Shown here: in pieces, positions 20,309-32,211 of the stretch | How positions within the stretch are numbered: position 1 is the stretch's first letter | How the letters are laid out: the number at the start of each line of letters is the position of its first letter | Assembly: GCA_965248265.1 (NCBI GenBank) | Contig: CBDFJF010000001.1 | Coordinates: 32,001 to 96,000, forward strand | Length of the DNA stretch: 64,000 nucleotides | Reading direction: 5' to 3' | Origin: Candidatus Latescibacterota bacterium | GTDB lineage: Bacteria; Latescibacterota; UBA2968; UBA8231 | The notes under the pieces: model-generated | What the model was told of the DNA's origin: nothing | What the model saw: the letters and a program-made list of their open reading frames with translations, nothing else | Database searches by the model: none | Made by a program: the position numbers and the translations under genes

Positions 20309-21364
20309 CTAAATCTCGACGCCGACGGATCGTGCGGCCTGGACGAACAGGTCCCACAGGTCCTCCGGGATCGGTATGCCGTCGCGCTCACAATTGGCGC
20401 GGGTCGTGGCTTCTTTCAGACCCGGGTACAACACTTCATCAAAACCCACAGCAGGACCACTGTCGGTGATTCGATTCAGTGTGTCGTCAACCCTGGAACG
20501 AAAATCGGTCATCGGACTCAGGACATCGGCCTGCATCACGATGAAACTGACTCCCTGGTGCCCCATCAGGTTAGCCCCCTCGCCCTCCACCGCGTGACCA
20601 TCAGCCCCGGTGAGCACGCGGCCGAGCAATTCCACCGCCAGCATGATACCGAAGCCCTTGTGACCGCCAAAGGAGCTCAGAGTGCCACCCCCCTCCATGA
20701 AATCGGCTGGATTCGTCGTTGGCTTGCCATTGCGGTCAGCGATAACGCCTAATGGCAGCTCCTCGCCACGGCGGTGAGCGTTCACGACCTTCACTGCGGA
20801 TCCGTGGGTGGTCGCAAAATCGAGGACGAAGGGTGGACGCTGCCCAGACGGCACGCCGATGCAAATCGGATTGGTATCGAGTACCCGGTCGCGTCCGCCA
20901 TAGGCGGCCGCCCGCGCCCCAGTCATGGCGTATCCACTGCCGAAAATCTGACTGACCATACCGGCAGCCGCGGCCATTTCAGCGTAATGCCCCAGACGGC
21001 CAATGTGGTTGCACCGGACCAGTCCGATCAGCGCAAGACCGTGTTGCCGAGCCCGGTCGATGGCGAGGCGGACGGCAAAATCAGCGCTGACCTGGCCGAA
21101 TCCCCAGTTTCCTCTCACCGTAACCCGGTTTCCATCGTCGGCGACGACCTCGGGGTCGCTCGTCGGTAACAACTTGCCGGAGGCGATTTCTCTCAGGTAG
21201 TTTGGCATCGTCAACAGGCCGTGAGTCTGCACCCCGCATTGATCTGCATCCGTCAGGTGGGCTGCCACGATTTGGGCCTGGTCTTGGGCAGCTCCAGCCG
21301 CCTGCAGAACGCCCGCGATCGTCTGCCTCAGTTCCTCAGGTCGTTTGGTTACGGTCCTTATCAC
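20309..21364 (-). CDS. Ldh2 family oxidoreductase (malate/L-lactate/ureidoglycolate dehydrogenase-like)
   Basis: GVQTHG, NHIGRLGHYAE, DTNPICIGVP, LDFAT, FGGHKGFG. Confidence 0.9.
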   Translation of the reverse strand: MIRTVTKRPEELRQTIAGVLQAAGAAQDQAQIVAAHLTDADQCGVQTHGLLTMPNYLREIASGKLLPTSDPEVVADDGNRVTVRGNWGFGQVSADFAVRLAIDRARQHGLALIGLVRCNHIGRLGHYAEMAAAAGMVSQIFGSGYAMTGARAAAYGGRDRVLDTNPICIGVPSGQRPPFVLDFATTHGSAVKVVNAHRRGEELPLGVIADRNGKPTTNPADFMEGGGTLSSFGGHKGFGIMLAVELLGRVLTGADGHAVEGEGANLMGHQGVSFIVMQADVLSPMTDFRSRVDDTLNRITDSGPAVGFDEVLYPGLKEATTRANCERDGIPIPEDLWDLFVQAARSVGVEI

Positions 21365-21368
21365 TTAC

Positions 21369-22697
<1,329 letters not shown>

Positions 22698-22732
22698 GGT
22701 AGTAGTGGACTCCGTGTGTGGTATAGGTAGAG

Positions 22733-23509
22733 TCAGAGCGCGATGATCTGATTGTGCGAATCGAGCCTGACGCTCTTAGAATAGTGGTAGACGGAGATTT
22801 CATCCGTCAGGGGCGTTGGTACCCGGACGATGAACTCTGCCCATGAACTGGTGTTGAACGCCACGTAGGCAAGTTCCATTCCTTCCAGCAGATCCTCCGG
22901 CTCCCGCGACAGGTCTGGAAACAACACCGGGCCTGTATCGGGTTGGTAGATGGCATCGCGTTCATTGGCGTTTATCGTCTTCACCGGGTACTCGATGAGG
23001 GCACTGTAGCGCTCCGTTTCTATCGTCGTAGTTGCGTTCAGCAATCTGTTCGACAGGACTTGCTCAACGATGGCTGCCGGATCTTCGAAGAGCTCCCCAT
23101 CCATCTGTGGCACATCCAGACGAAGACTGTCGAAAGCGTCCTCTAAGGCACTCAGTTGGCGTGCGGACTGCTCACCCAATGACGGAGGATACAGAGGCAC
23201 ACTCATTCCCGCCCGTTCGTAGGTCTTCACCATCATGATATGCGTGGGACTGACGATGGGAATGAAATCAGCGTTCGGCTGCGTCCAAATATCTCGCTCC
23301 GTGCCGACGATCTCGGTCTTACAGCTCACCCCAAGAGCGAACTCCTGCGACTCGCCGCTTTTCTTGTCCGTGATCTCGCAACGGCAGTCGAGAGGGATGC
23401 GCGCGTTGTTGAGGGTATAGGGTGCCTTTCTGCTGCTGGTTATGGCCTGCCTCTTCGCCCGGTCTATCCGGAAGGTCAGCGATGAATGTTGAAAATCAGT
23501 CGTCTTCAT
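22733..23509 (-). CDS. Hypothetical protein (paralog of 42962..43753)
   Basis: Shares CKTE, QPNADF, PPSLGxQ, YQxDTGPV, WxEFIVxxPT, HYSxSV with the second copy. Confidence 0.8.
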   Translation of the reverse strand: MKTTDFQHSSLTFRIDRAKRQAITSSRKAPYTLNNARIPLDCRCEITDKKSGESQEFALGVSCKTEIVGTERDIWTQPNADFIPIVSPTHIMMVKTYERAGMSVPLYPPSLGEQSARQLSALEDAFDSLRLDVPQMDGELFEDPAAIVEQVLSNRLLNATTTIETERYSALIEYPVKTINANERDAIYQPDTGPVLFPDLSREPEDLLEGMELAYVAFNTSSWAEFIVRVPTPLTDEISVYHYSKSVRLDSHNQIIAL

Positions 23510-23524
23510 AGTTCCCCGTCTGGG

Positions 23525-24685
23525 TCAGCCGACCTCCGAACCATCGAGGTACTCACGGACCGATTCGGCGATCAGATAGGCGGCAGACCGCGTTTTGTCG
23601 GCTTCCGATTTCATCCGGGACTTGGTCATTCCCAATGCCAGCTTACGGCTCGGATCGGCGAAGCCGATCGAGCCACCATGTCCGGGATGGCCGAAGGCGG
23701 CTTCCGACCTCCCCATTCGCACATCTCCACCAGTCTCCGGCGCACCGGCCAGCAGAAAACCCAGCCCCTTGCGAACCCGCACCCCCATTACCTCGTCTTC
23801 CGCGTCCGTCTGCAGCGAAGAGATCTCCAGAGCCCGCTCACCGGATAGCATCCGCACACCGTCGAGCTCACCCCCGTTCCCCAGCATGGCATAGAGCCGG
23901 GCGATGGCGCGAGCACTCATGATACCGCCGGCACCGGGGTACGAAGCTCGACGCACGTCCGGCCGATTCATGACCTCCGCTTTCATCAGGTGAGCCGGTG
24001 CCGCGCGCTCTCGCATTGTGGCTGGCGGCACGAATGTGCCATCGGGCACGGATGTGGCATCAGGCGTTCCGTCATCGTCACGCAGGGCTGCCACCCGTGG
24101 TTCGACCTCGTCGGGTATGCCTAGATAGAAATCATCTATCCCCAGCGGCGCACAGAGCTCCTCCTGCGCGAACTGGGCGATCGGGCGCCCATCAATTCGG
24201 CGAATCACCTCGCCGACGATCCAACCAAAAACGAGTGCATGGTAGGCCGTCCTCGATCCGGGCGGCCACAGCGGTTCGTGGGTGGCGATAGCCGTACACA
24301 TCGCCTCCCAATCAGTGATCATCTCAGGGGTGGCGCCAGCCGGCATCTGCGGAATGCCTGCCGCGTGCGTCAGCACGTGTCGAATGGTGATGCCCTCTTT
24401 GCCATGGCAGCCAAACTCAGGCCAGCACGAGGCTACAGGGGTTTCGTAGTCGAGGGCGCCGCCCTCGGCCAGCAGGTGGATGCAGGTCGCTGCGAAGCCC
24501 TTTGTCGTCGACCAGGAGGTAAAGAGCGTGCCTCCATCCACCTGCCCAGCTCCGGAAGCACCGGACCAAGTGTCGACGACTTGCTCGCCATCGAGGTACA
24601 CGGCTACCTGCAGCGCGTCCTCCGCGCCGATCTCGACGAGCTTGTCCAACAACCGTTGGACGAGTAGAGACAACCCGTTTGCCAC
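23525..24685 (-). CDS. Serine hydrolase, beta-lactamase/EstA family
   Basis: SxxK (WSTTKG), YHALVFG, FGHPGHGGSIGFADP. Start set at GTG 24685 after the upstream gene ends. Confidence 0.88.
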   Translation of the reverse strand: MANGLSLLVQRLLDKLVEIGAEDALQVAVYLDGEQVVDTWSGASGAGQVDGGTLFTSWSTTKGFAATCIHLLAEGGALDYETPVASCWPEFGCHGKEGITIRHVLTHAAGIPQMPAGATPEMITDWEAMCTAIATHEPLWPPGSRTAYHALVFGWIVGEVIRRIDGRPIAQFAQEELCAPLGIDDFYLGIPDEVEPRVAALRDDDGTPDATSVPDGTFVPPATMRERAAPAHLMKAEVMNRPDVRRASYPGAGGIMSARAIARLYAMLGNGGELDGVRMLSGERALEISSLQTDAEDEVMGVRVRKGLGFLLAGAPETGGDVRMGRSEAAFGHPGHGGSIGFADPSRKLALGMTKSRMKSEADKTRSAAYLIAESVREYLDGSEVG

Positions 24686-24695
24686 GAGCTCGCGA

Positions 24696-25349
24696 CTATT
24701 CCCCCACCTCGGCCTCACTGACGAGCAGGTAGTGACCGGGAAGCAATCGCGCCTTGAGCGAGACCGGTTTGAAATGCGATTCCTTGCCGAGAAAGAAATC
24801 CTGTCCCCTGGCGAATTGGAGGTAATGGTAGATCCGCCCCTCTGAAGTCTCCAGGTGATGCAGGTGGCCGAGTTTGCAGGAATGTGGCAGGTCGCCCACC
24901 CCGAGACCACATTGGCATTTGTTGATGCCTTCGAGTGCAATTTCGCGCCCCTTGTCCGTGCGGTACTTAGCGAAGTCTATGAGCGGCACCTGCGTCTTGC
25001 TCTCCAGGGCGTCGACATGCAGCAACGCCCCTTCCCGCAGCAGTTTGCCCTTTACCTGCACGACACTTCCATTTCCGGTGTTTGCCAGCATTTTCTCGTT
25101 TTCCGGCGTCTCCAGAAAGCCGTAGACACCGTCCTCTGTCACCAGGGCCTTGCCGGCTACCGATTCGTTCACAACGGCAACCTCCGACGCCGATTGATCA
25201 ACGGCCGTAAAGAACGAGTGCACATCCACGATGACACCGCGCTCATCGAAAGCCACACTCGACTTGGCCGAATCTACACCGTGTACAGTCGAAGTGATCG
25301 TCATCAACAACAGATGGGCCAGGACAACCTGAAACGTGGAGGACTTCAT
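24696..25349 (-). CDS. Secreted hypothetical protein with Cys/His-rich motif
   Basis: SD AAGGAGAG, signal peptide MKSSTFQVVLAHLLLMTITSTVHG; KCQC...HSCKLGHLHH. Confidence 0.7.
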   Translation of the reverse strand: MKSSTFQVVLAHLLLMTITSTVHGVDSAKSSVAFDERGVIVDVHSFFTAVDQSASEVAVVNESVAGKALVTEDGVYGFLETPENEKMLANTGNGSVVQVKGKLLREGALLHVDALESKTQVPLIDFAKYRTDKGREIALEGINKCQCGLGVGDLPHSCKLGHLHHLETSEGRIYHYLQFARGQDFFLGKESHFKPVSLKARLLPGHYLLVSEAEVGE

Positions 25350-25572
25350 TGGTGACTCTCCTTTTTTGGGCGGGGTGGTGCCACTACCCTGGGGGCCGGC
25401 CTGTTGAACCGCCCACCGTTCATGGGTTTCACCTAAGACTACTGTGATCGCCGGCGACCGCAAGTGGGCAAGTTTGATTGCTGCCCATACAAGGCTGTCC
25501 CTATGTTGTCGTCCAATCGTCTGAGTAGATGGTAGTCCACCCTGTTCCACTTCACCTACCGCGGGAGCCCCC

Positions 25573-26772
25573 ATGTACGCCGTCGGCGATGAAGAGATAG
25601 AAGCGATTGCGCGAGTGATCCGCAGCGGGGAGTTGTTCCGCTACCACGAGGGTGGCGAGTGCCAGCGTTTCGAGCAACGCTACGCAGAATTCCTCGGCGT
25701 CGACCATGTGACCCTGACCGCCAGCGGCACCAACGCCCTTACCGCCGCCGTCATCGCCCTTGGATTGGGCCCTGGGGATGAGGTCCTGGTACCGGCCCAT
25801 ACCTACATGGCCACGGCCCTTGCTGTACTGGCGTCCGGCGCCATACCCGTCATCGTCGATGTCGACGAAAGCATCACCATCGATCCTGCTGCCATCGACG
25901 CCGCCGTGGGGCCGCACACCCGGGCAGTCATCCCGGTCCACATGTGGGGGGCGGTCTGCGACATGAACTCGATCATGGAGGTCGCAGCCAAACGCAGTCT
26001 GCGGGTCATCGAGGATGGCTGCCAGGCCGTCGGCGGCAGCTACGAAGGCCGCAAGGTCGGGACCATCGGCGACATCGGTGCCTTCAGCTTCAACTACTTC
26101 AAGAACATGACAGCTGGTGAAGGAGGCGCGGTGGTCTCGGATGATGCTGAACTGATCCGCAGAGCCAAGTGCGTTATCGACCCCTGCCAGTTTTATTGGG
26201 CCGGCCGAGAAGAAGACTTCATGCCCTTTGCCTCCAACGGCACCCGTGCCAACGAGTTCCAGGGTGCACTCCTCAATATCCAACTGGACCGCATCGAGGG
26301 CATCATCGACGCACTGCGTGCTGAAAAGCGTCAGATCCTCCGCCGCATCAGCCACCTTCAGGAACCCGGACTGGAATTCACACCGCAACACAGCCCTGAG
26401 GACGAATGCGCCGCCAAGGTCATGCTGCTGCTGCCGACATCGACCGCCGCAGAACGCTTCGTCGAGGTGTTGCCTGCCGTCATCGCCGGCAAAACCGGTC
26501 GCCACAACTATGTCGAGTGGGATCAGATCCTGATGCAGCAAGGCGCCGCCCATCCCCTGATGAACCCCTATAACATGGAAGCCAACAGGGGATGCCGGCG
26601 GGACTACTCAAAGGACATGTGCGCGCGTTCGCTGGAGATACTCGATCGGACGGTGATGGTGGCCACTGATCCGAGCCACACTCAGGAGCAAGTTGATCAG
26701 ATCGTCAGCAACATCGAGGCAGCGACCATGGCGGCCCTGGGCAAGGAGGTCACAGACGCGACACCTGCTTAG
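25573..26772 (+). CDS. DegT/DnrJ/EryC1/StrS family PLP aminotransferase
   Basis: SGTNAL, GPGDEVLVP, IPVHMWG, IEDGCQA, SFNYFKNMTAGEGG. Confidence 0.92.
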   Translation: MYAVGDEEIEAIARVIRSGELFRYHEGGECQRFEQRYAEFLGVDHVTLTASGTNALTAAVIALGLGPGDEVLVPAHTYMATALAVLASGAIPVIVDVDESITIDPAAIDAAVGPHTRAVIPVHMWGAVCDMNSIMEVAAKRSLRVIEDGCQAVGGSYEGRKVGTIGDIGAFSFNYFKNMTAGEGGAVVSDDAELIRRAKCVIDPCQFYWAGREEDFMPFASNGTRANEFQGALLNIQLDRIEGIIDALRAEKRQILRRISHLQEPGLEFTPQHSPEDECAAKVMLLLPTSTAAERFVEVLPAVIAGKTGRHNYVEWDQILMQQGAAHPLMNPYNMEANRGCRRDYSKDMCARSLEILDRTVMVATDPSHTQEQVDQIVSNIEAATMAALGKEVTDATPA

Positions 26773-27854
26773 CGTCCGAATCCATCGCTGTTGAAGACCG
26801 TCAGTATCCGGCCCTCTGTGTTGCCGTTGCCGATGATGGCAACCTCGAGGTCTTCCTCGCTCGCTTCCGGATTGGTGATTGGGCTGGTATAGGCCAGGTA
26901 GTAGATGCTGTTGGCGCCATCCGCGATCTCCTCCTGAATGCGCAGAAAAGTATCTGCCAGACCTCCCACCTCGTCCGCTTCAAAGAACCCATCCGTCGAC
27001 AAAGACAACTGCTGTAATGGTCCACGCTCGAGATCGGGGCTGTCCAGCGCGGCCACGAAAATCTTCTTGGGGTTCCCGCTCAAATTCTGCATGGCCGTCA
27101 GCGCGTCCTGGACATCCAGATTGGGGTCGGCATTGTGAAAGCCGTCGGTGAAGATCACCAGACTGCCATCGGTAACCTCATCCGTGCTGATGACGTCCTC
27201 CCACCGGTTGGACACATGGATGATGGCGCCGAACAGATTGGTCGAGTCGAACAGTTCCTCCTCCTTGATCGATTCGATGGCACTGACCAGGGTTTCGGTG
27301 TCGTCGGTAAAGTCCACCAGTAACGTCGGATCCTGATCGAATACGTAAATGGCGAATACCTGTCGCGGTTGCTTGTCGTTCACGAGAGCGATCGTCGCTT
27401 CCTTGATCTGGGCGACCAGGCCCTCCACACTTGAGCTGACGTCGAGGAGGAGCACGGTTGGCACCGTGAAATCCAGCGCGTCAGTATCCAGTTTGAGATC
27501 AGCTTCGACGCCGGTCTTGCGACCGTTCTCGGCGACGACGAAATCGGACGCCGCCAACCCGGCCACTCCGCGACCGTCCTCATCCCTGACCTGCAGCAGA
27601 ATCCGCACCGTCCGAGTATCCGGATCGACGTCGACACCGAACAACTGCATCGCGTAGCGCTTGTCACGATCATGGCGGCAGGTGCCGTTATCCTGCGTGG
27701 CACTGCGGTTGAAATTGGTGGCGGCGATGTCCGTACACCCCTGCACCTGTAGTTCATCTGGAAGACCAACAGGGTTGTCGTCGTTACCGCATGAGTACAA
27801 GAAGACGGCGACGATTCCTGCGACGGCGGTCGCAGTCCAGTTTCCTTTGACCAT
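26769..27854 (-). CDS. VWA-domain lipoprotein
   Basis: Lipobox-like LYSC; GCTDIAATNFNRSATQDNGTC small module; MIDAS LLLDVSSS, T(N)L, IFTDG. Confidence 0.82.
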   Translation of the reverse strand: MVKGNWTATAVAGIVAVFLYSCGNDDNPVGLPDELQVQGCTDIAATNFNRSATQDNGTCRHDRDKRYAMQLFGVDVDPDTRTVRILLQVRDEDGRGVAGLAASDFVVAENGRKTGVEADLKLDTDALDFTVPTVLLLDVSSSVEGLVAQIKEATIALVNDKQPRQVFAIYVFDQDPTLLVDFTDDTETLVSAIESIKEEELFDSTNLFGAIIHVSNRWEDVISTDEVTDGSLVIFTDGFHNADPNLDVQDALTAMQNLSGNPKKIFVAALDSPDLERGPLQQLSLSTDGFFEADEVGGLADTFLRIQEEIADGANSIYYLAYTSPITNPEASEEDLEVAIIGNGNTEGRILTVFNSDGFGR

Positions 27855-27999
27855 GTTATTTCCGTGTCACGGTGTGATGTTGGCGGGGAATCCAACAGAC
27901 TCCACCCGGGGGGAGCCGGGAGGGAGAGAGTGCCTCATACTCAATGGTAATATACAAGGATGGAAATGCGCGAGCCCAAATTGTGGACCCCCGCATCGA

Positions 28000-28977
28000 C
28001 TATCCGGGCCGGCGCGCCCGCATCAGGTCCTCTCCCAGGCGCTCGATATCAACGAAGCCGGCCTCCGACAGCCAGTGGCGGTACTCCATTTCGGTGTAGG
28101 CCTGACCGGCCTCATATATGTTGACGAATACCAGGTTGAAGGCCACGGTGTCAACCGGCGATTGCCTCGAGTTGTCGAGGATATGGCCGCTGATGTAGAT
28201 GACCGCCTCCGGCCGCAGACCGGTCCACACGCTGGCCAAAGCACGGACAATCTGATCCGGTGCCAAAACCTGAATGAAATTGCGCAGAATGGCCGCCCCG
28301 AAATCGCCCTGCAGCGAACCTTCAACGACGTCGGCGGCCACGACACTGATTCGCCCAGCCGCATCGGCCTGCTCTATGAAATACCTGGTGTGAGGGGTCA
28401 CCGCGGGAAGATCTACGACGGTGACTTCAAGCTGCGGCAGGGCCTCCGTCAAGCCGATAGCGAAGCCGCCGGAGCCGCCGGCTACATCGACGACAGGGCT
28501 ATCGGCGGCGTCAAACCACGAGGCAAACTCCCGCCCGTCTGCCATGGCGTTGGGATGCAGTCCGCTGAAAAAAGAGCGCGACTCCGAAGCCGGCATGCTC
28601 GCAAAGTCCTTGCGGGCATGCGGGCGTCCGTCGCGGATGGAATCCGCAGTGTGACCCAGCGCTTGCCACAGCTCCGACCACAGGTGATGGCGCTCCAGCA
28701 TGCTGCCTTCACGCCCGCGAACCAGATAATCTGCTGACTCCTCCGTGTTGGCAAAACACTCCCCTTCTACTGTGAGCAGACCGGCATTGACGAGAGCGTA
28801 CAGTAGTACCCGTAGCCTGGACGCGTCGGTATCGGTGACAGCGGCAAGCTGAATTGCGCTCAGCGGCCCGTCGGCCAGCGCCGTGAACAGGTCCAGCTGC
28901 ATGCCGGCCAGCAGTGCGAACGAAGGATACACGGCACTGCGCAAGGCCTCGATTCTCTGTGGCAGCCGATCGCTCAT
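28000..28977 (-). CDS. O-methyltransferase (methyltransf_2 with dimerisation domain)
   Basis: LDLFTALADGPLSA, VVDVAGGSG, VVDLPAV. Confidence 0.88.
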   Translation of the reverse strand: MSDRLPQRIEALRSAVYPSFALLAGMQLDLFTALADGPLSAIQLAAVTDTDASRLRVLLYALVNAGLLTVEGECFANTEESADYLVRGREGSMLERHHLWSELWQALGHTADSIRDGRPHARKDFASMPASESRSFFSGLHPNAMADGREFASWFDAADSPVVDVAGGSGGFAIGLTEALPQLEVTVVDLPAVTPHTRYFIEQADAAGRISVVAADVVEGSLQGDFGAAILRNFIQVLAPDQIVRALASVWTGLRPEAVIYISGHILDNSRQSPVDTVAFNLVFVNIYEAGQAYTEMEYRHWLSEAGFVDIERLGEDLMRARRPG

Positions 28978-29690
28978 TCGATCATTGATCCAGCGACCGA
29001 GTGACGACGCGCGATTAGCAGACCCTCTTCACGAGATACCTGGATGGCGAAATCGAAGGTGTCGATCTGCAAGGCCATCTCGAGATCAGCTACCGGCTTG
29101 AAGGGCATCTCCGGCGACCCGAACCCATCAGCCTCGTGCCCGCAGCGCGCCAGGCTCATCACCGCCTCCGGTTCAGGGCGTCGGCCCTGAAGGCGGTTGC
29201 GCAGATAGAGGGCGCACAGCTCGTCTTCATCCCCGCGCACCACACCGCGACTGCCCATCGCCAGGATCGTCACCAGCTCCGGCGCAGCCTGCTGGATGGC
29301 CCGGCAAGTGGCTTCGGCAATGACGAAGGAAGCGGCGAACATGGGTCCACCAGCGGGCACGGCACAGGCTCCCACCGTGCCGGCTCGAGTCGACTGGATG
29401 ATGGTCTTGCCGCGCACATCCGCATCCGGTGCTTGCGACAGCTCATGAGGTGAGTTGCCGAAATCGAAACCCTCCGGCCTCTTGCCGCCGACCTCTCCCA
29501 TGCACAGCTCACCAACCCCGTCCTCGCGCAGCCTCAAAGCCTCTTCGGGTTCGGCCACCAGGACGATGCGCTCGGCCCCCTTGGAGAAGGCAACCGAAGC
29601 CGTGGTATAGGCCCGGAATACATCGATGACGACGACGGTACCGCGGGCACGGTGCGCCCCTTCGATGAGGCTCTCGATGCGTATGTCCAC
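28974..29690 (-). CDS. comB: 2-phosphosulfolactate phosphatase (ComB) family protein
   Basis: VVVIDVFRAYTT, GEVGG..GFDFGNSP, QSTRAGT, EDELCA. Confidence 0.85.
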   Translation of the reverse strand: MDIRIESLIEGAHRARGTVVVIDVFRAYTTASVAFSKGAERIVLVAEPEEALRLREDGVGELCMGEVGGKRPEGFDFGNSPHELSQAPDADVRGKTIIQSTRAGTVGACAVPAGGPMFAASFVIAEATCRAIQQAAPELVTILAMGSRGVVRGDEDELCALYLRNRLQGRRPEPEAVMSLARCGHEADGFGSPEMPFKPVADLEMALQIDTFDFAIQVSREEGLLIARRHSVAGSMIE

Positions 29691-29697
29691 GGTGGGC

Positions 29698-31305
29698 TCA
29701 GCTGAGCTGCAGTGCGCTCGAAGGATGGAAGCTGGTCGAAGAAGCCTCGCTCAACGGCCGCTGCAGATGCTCAGGGGCCGAACCATTCAGAAGGCATCCC
29801 GTTTCCAGTACGGGGAAGATTTCATCCAACCGGGCGCTGTGTTCCATGTTGACACGCCGATAAATGAGCGTCCTGTTCAGTTCCACCAGGCTGTCGTAGC
29901 CGGCTGCGGCCATGAGTTCACGCACAGCCTTCACGGTCTCGCCGTGGAAAGCCTCTATGCGTCCGCGTTTGTCGGAGACCACGAGGCCAGCCGTCAACCC
30001 GGGTTGGTGGGTTGTAATACCCGTAGGGCAGCTGTTCTTGTTGCACTCCAATGCCTGGATGCAGCCCAGCGCCAGCATCATCCCGCGGGCGCTGTAGCTC
30101 ATGTCCGCACCCAGACACAAAGCCCGGACGATGTGAAACCCGGTGAAGACTTTCCCGCTGGCGGCAACACGGATGTCCTTTTTCAGATTGAACCCGACCA
30201 GGGCATCGATGACGAACGCAAGGCCATCCCGCAATGGGGTGCCGACGGAGTTGGAGTACTCCGGGGGCGCTGCACCTGTGCCGCCCTCGCCGCCGTCGAC
30301 GGTGATGAAGTCCGGACTTATGCCGGTCTCGACCATGGCCTTGCACACGGCCATGAACTCGCTGCGCCTGCCGACACACAACTTGAAGCCAATCGGCTTG
30401 CCGTGCGATAGCTCGCGCAAGTGCTGAACAAACTCCATCATCTCGATCGGCGTCGAAAAAGCCTTATGTGAGGCCGGGGAGATGACATCCGTCCCGGGTT
30501 CCACGTTGCGGATGGCGGCGATCTCAGGCGTATTCTTGGCAGCCGGCAGGATGCCTCCATGTCCTGGCTTGGCACCTTGGGACAACTTGATCTCAATCAT
30601 TTTCACGGCTGGCGTGGCCGCGTTCTTGCTGAACAAGTCGGGATCGAAGGCCCCCTCCTTGGTCCGGCAGCTGAAATAGCCAGTACCGATCTGCCAGATC
30701 AGATCGCCACCGGGCTCGAGGTGGTACGGACTGAGCCCACCCTCGCCGGTGTTGTGCGCGAAATTGCCGAGCTTGGCGCCACCATTGAGCGCCAGCACCG
30801 CGTTCTTGCTCAGGGCACCGTAGCTCATGGCCGAAATGTTCAGAATGCTGGCGCTGTAGGGTTGGTCGCAGGCAGGTCCCCCAACGTCGACCCGCAGGTC
30901 TTCGTCCATTTCCAGGGCGTTCTTCGCTGCCAGGGAGTGGTTCATCCATTCGTAGCCTGCCCGGTAGACGTCAAATTCAGTGCCAAAGGGAATGGTGTCG
31001 GACGCGCGCTTGGCCCGCTGATAGACGACCGAACGGTAGACCCGGTTGATCGGCGTGCCATCCACGTCCGACTCGATGAAGTACTGGTAGATCTTCGGGC
31101 GCAGCGACTCCATGATGTAACGACCACGGCCAAACACTGGAAAATTGCGGACGATGCTCTTGCTCCTCTGAAGCATGTCCCAAACCCCGAGCACGAACAC
31201 CGGTCCGACAACGACAAACAGCCATAGCATGGGCGTCCATACCACGGCGGCGCCTAAGATGGCGGCGATCAAGAGTAACGACACAACCAGAAACTGTGTT
31301 CGCAT
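29698..31305 (-). CDS. FMN-binding glutamate synthase family protein (standalone)
   Basis: ISAMSYGALS, NTGEGG, EIKLSQGAKPGHGG, DGGEGGTGAAP, CIQALECNKNSCPTGITT; N-terminal TM helices. Confidence 0.92.
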   Translation of the reverse strand: MRTQFLVVSLLLIAAILGAAVVWTPMLWLFVVVGPVFVLGVWDMLQRSKSIVRNFPVFGRGRYIMESLRPKIYQYFIESDVDGTPINRVYRSVVYQRAKRASDTIPFGTEFDVYRAGYEWMNHSLAAKNALEMDEDLRVDVGGPACDQPYSASILNISAMSYGALSKNAVLALNGGAKLGNFAHNTGEGGLSPYHLEPGGDLIWQIGTGYFSCRTKEGAFDPDLFSKNAATPAVKMIEIKLSQGAKPGHGGILPAAKNTPEIAAIRNVEPGTDVISPASHKAFSTPIEMMEFVQHLRELSHGKPIGFKLCVGRRSEFMAVCKAMVETGISPDFITVDGGEGGTGAAPPEYSNSVGTPLRDGLAFVIDALVGFNLKKDIRVAASGKVFTGFHIVRALCLGADMSYSARGMMLALGCIQALECNKNSCPTGITTHQPGLTAGLVVSDKRGRIEAFHGETVKAVRELMAAAGYDSLVELNRTLIYRRVNMEHSARLDEIFPVLETGCLLNGSAPEHLQRPLSEASSTSFHPSSALQLS

Positions 31306-31362
31306 GCCAGGTAACCTTTCCTAATAATCCCGCTATCAGTTTCTACAGTTGATATGGTGAAC

Positions 31363-31435
31363 GATCGCGATACTACTGCGGATCGCGATACTACTGCGGA
31401 TCGCGATGCTACTGCGGATCACAAATACTACTGCG
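31363..31435. repeat. 18-bp tandem repeat (GATCGCGATACTACTGCG) x3 plus one diverged copy
   Basis: Copies start at 31363, 31381, 31399 and 31417; the last contains the stop codon of the SDR gene. Confidence 0.9.
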
Positions 31436-32207
31436 CCGTGTACCCCCCGTCGACGGACAGCACGGATCCCGTGACCATCGACGCTGCGTCTGACGCCAGA
31501 AAAAGCACGCTGCCGACTACCTCCTCCGGGTCGGCAATACGGCCGAGCGGCACCTTGTCGACGACACGCTGGCGAAACTCCGGTTCAGCTTCCATGGCTC
31601 CTCTCACCATCGGCGTGTCGAACGGTGAGGGCGCCACCGCGTTGACGCGAATTCCTAAGGGTGCCCATTCGACGCCGAGACTGCGTGTCAGCTGAATGAC
31701 GCCCCCCTTGCTGGCGCAGTAGGCGATGCTGTGCGGCAGCCCAACAAGCCCGCCGATGGATGAAAAGTTGATGATCGAACCCTTCCTCTGATCAAGCATG
31801 ACGCGACCGATACGCTGGCAACACAGGAACACACCCTTCAGATTCACGTCGATGACGTGGTCCCAATCCTGCTCCGTGAACTCGGCAGCCGGCATTCTCC
31901 GCGTGATGCCATGACTGTTGACGAGGATGTCAATACGGCCGAACTCGGCACACAATTGGTCGGTCAGTTCTTGAACGGAGTCTGACACCGTGACATCAAC
32001 TTCGAGTGCCAGGCTGCGCCTTCCGGCGGCTTCGATCTGGGCGGTGGTTTGATCAGCTCCTTCCAGTGTGATATCGGCGATCGCGACGTCGGCGCCCGCC
32101 CGCGCTAGAGCCGCGGCGATGCTGCGTCCCAGTCCTCCATTGCCTCCGGTCACTAGCGCGACCTGTCCCTGCAGGTCGAACGGTGACGAAGCCGCTGCTT
32201 CAGCCAT
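31428..32207 (-). CDS. Short-chain dehydrogenase/reductase (KduD/IdnO-like)
   Basis: TGGNGGLG, NSHG, YCASKGG, GSVLSVDGG. Start at ATG 32207. Confidence 0.92.
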   Translation of the reverse strand: MAEAAASSPFDLQGQVALVTGGNGGLGRSIAAALARAGADVAIADITLEGADQTTAQIEAAGRRSLALEVDVTVSDSVQELTDQLCAEFGRIDILVNSHGITRRMPAAEFTEQDWDHVIDVNLKGVFLCCQRIGRVMLDQRKGSIINFSSIGGLVGLPHSIAYCASKGGVIQLTRSLGVEWAPLGIRVNAVAPSPFDTPMVRGAMEAEPEFRQRVVDKVPLGRIADPEEVVGSVLFLASDAASMVTGSVLSVDGGYTAQ

Positions 32208-32211
32208 TACT

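Noticed and set aside
28974-29690. Coenzyme M biosynthesis cluster
   Set aside because: Only a ComB-family gene is present with no adjacent comA/comDE; standalone ComB homologs are common.
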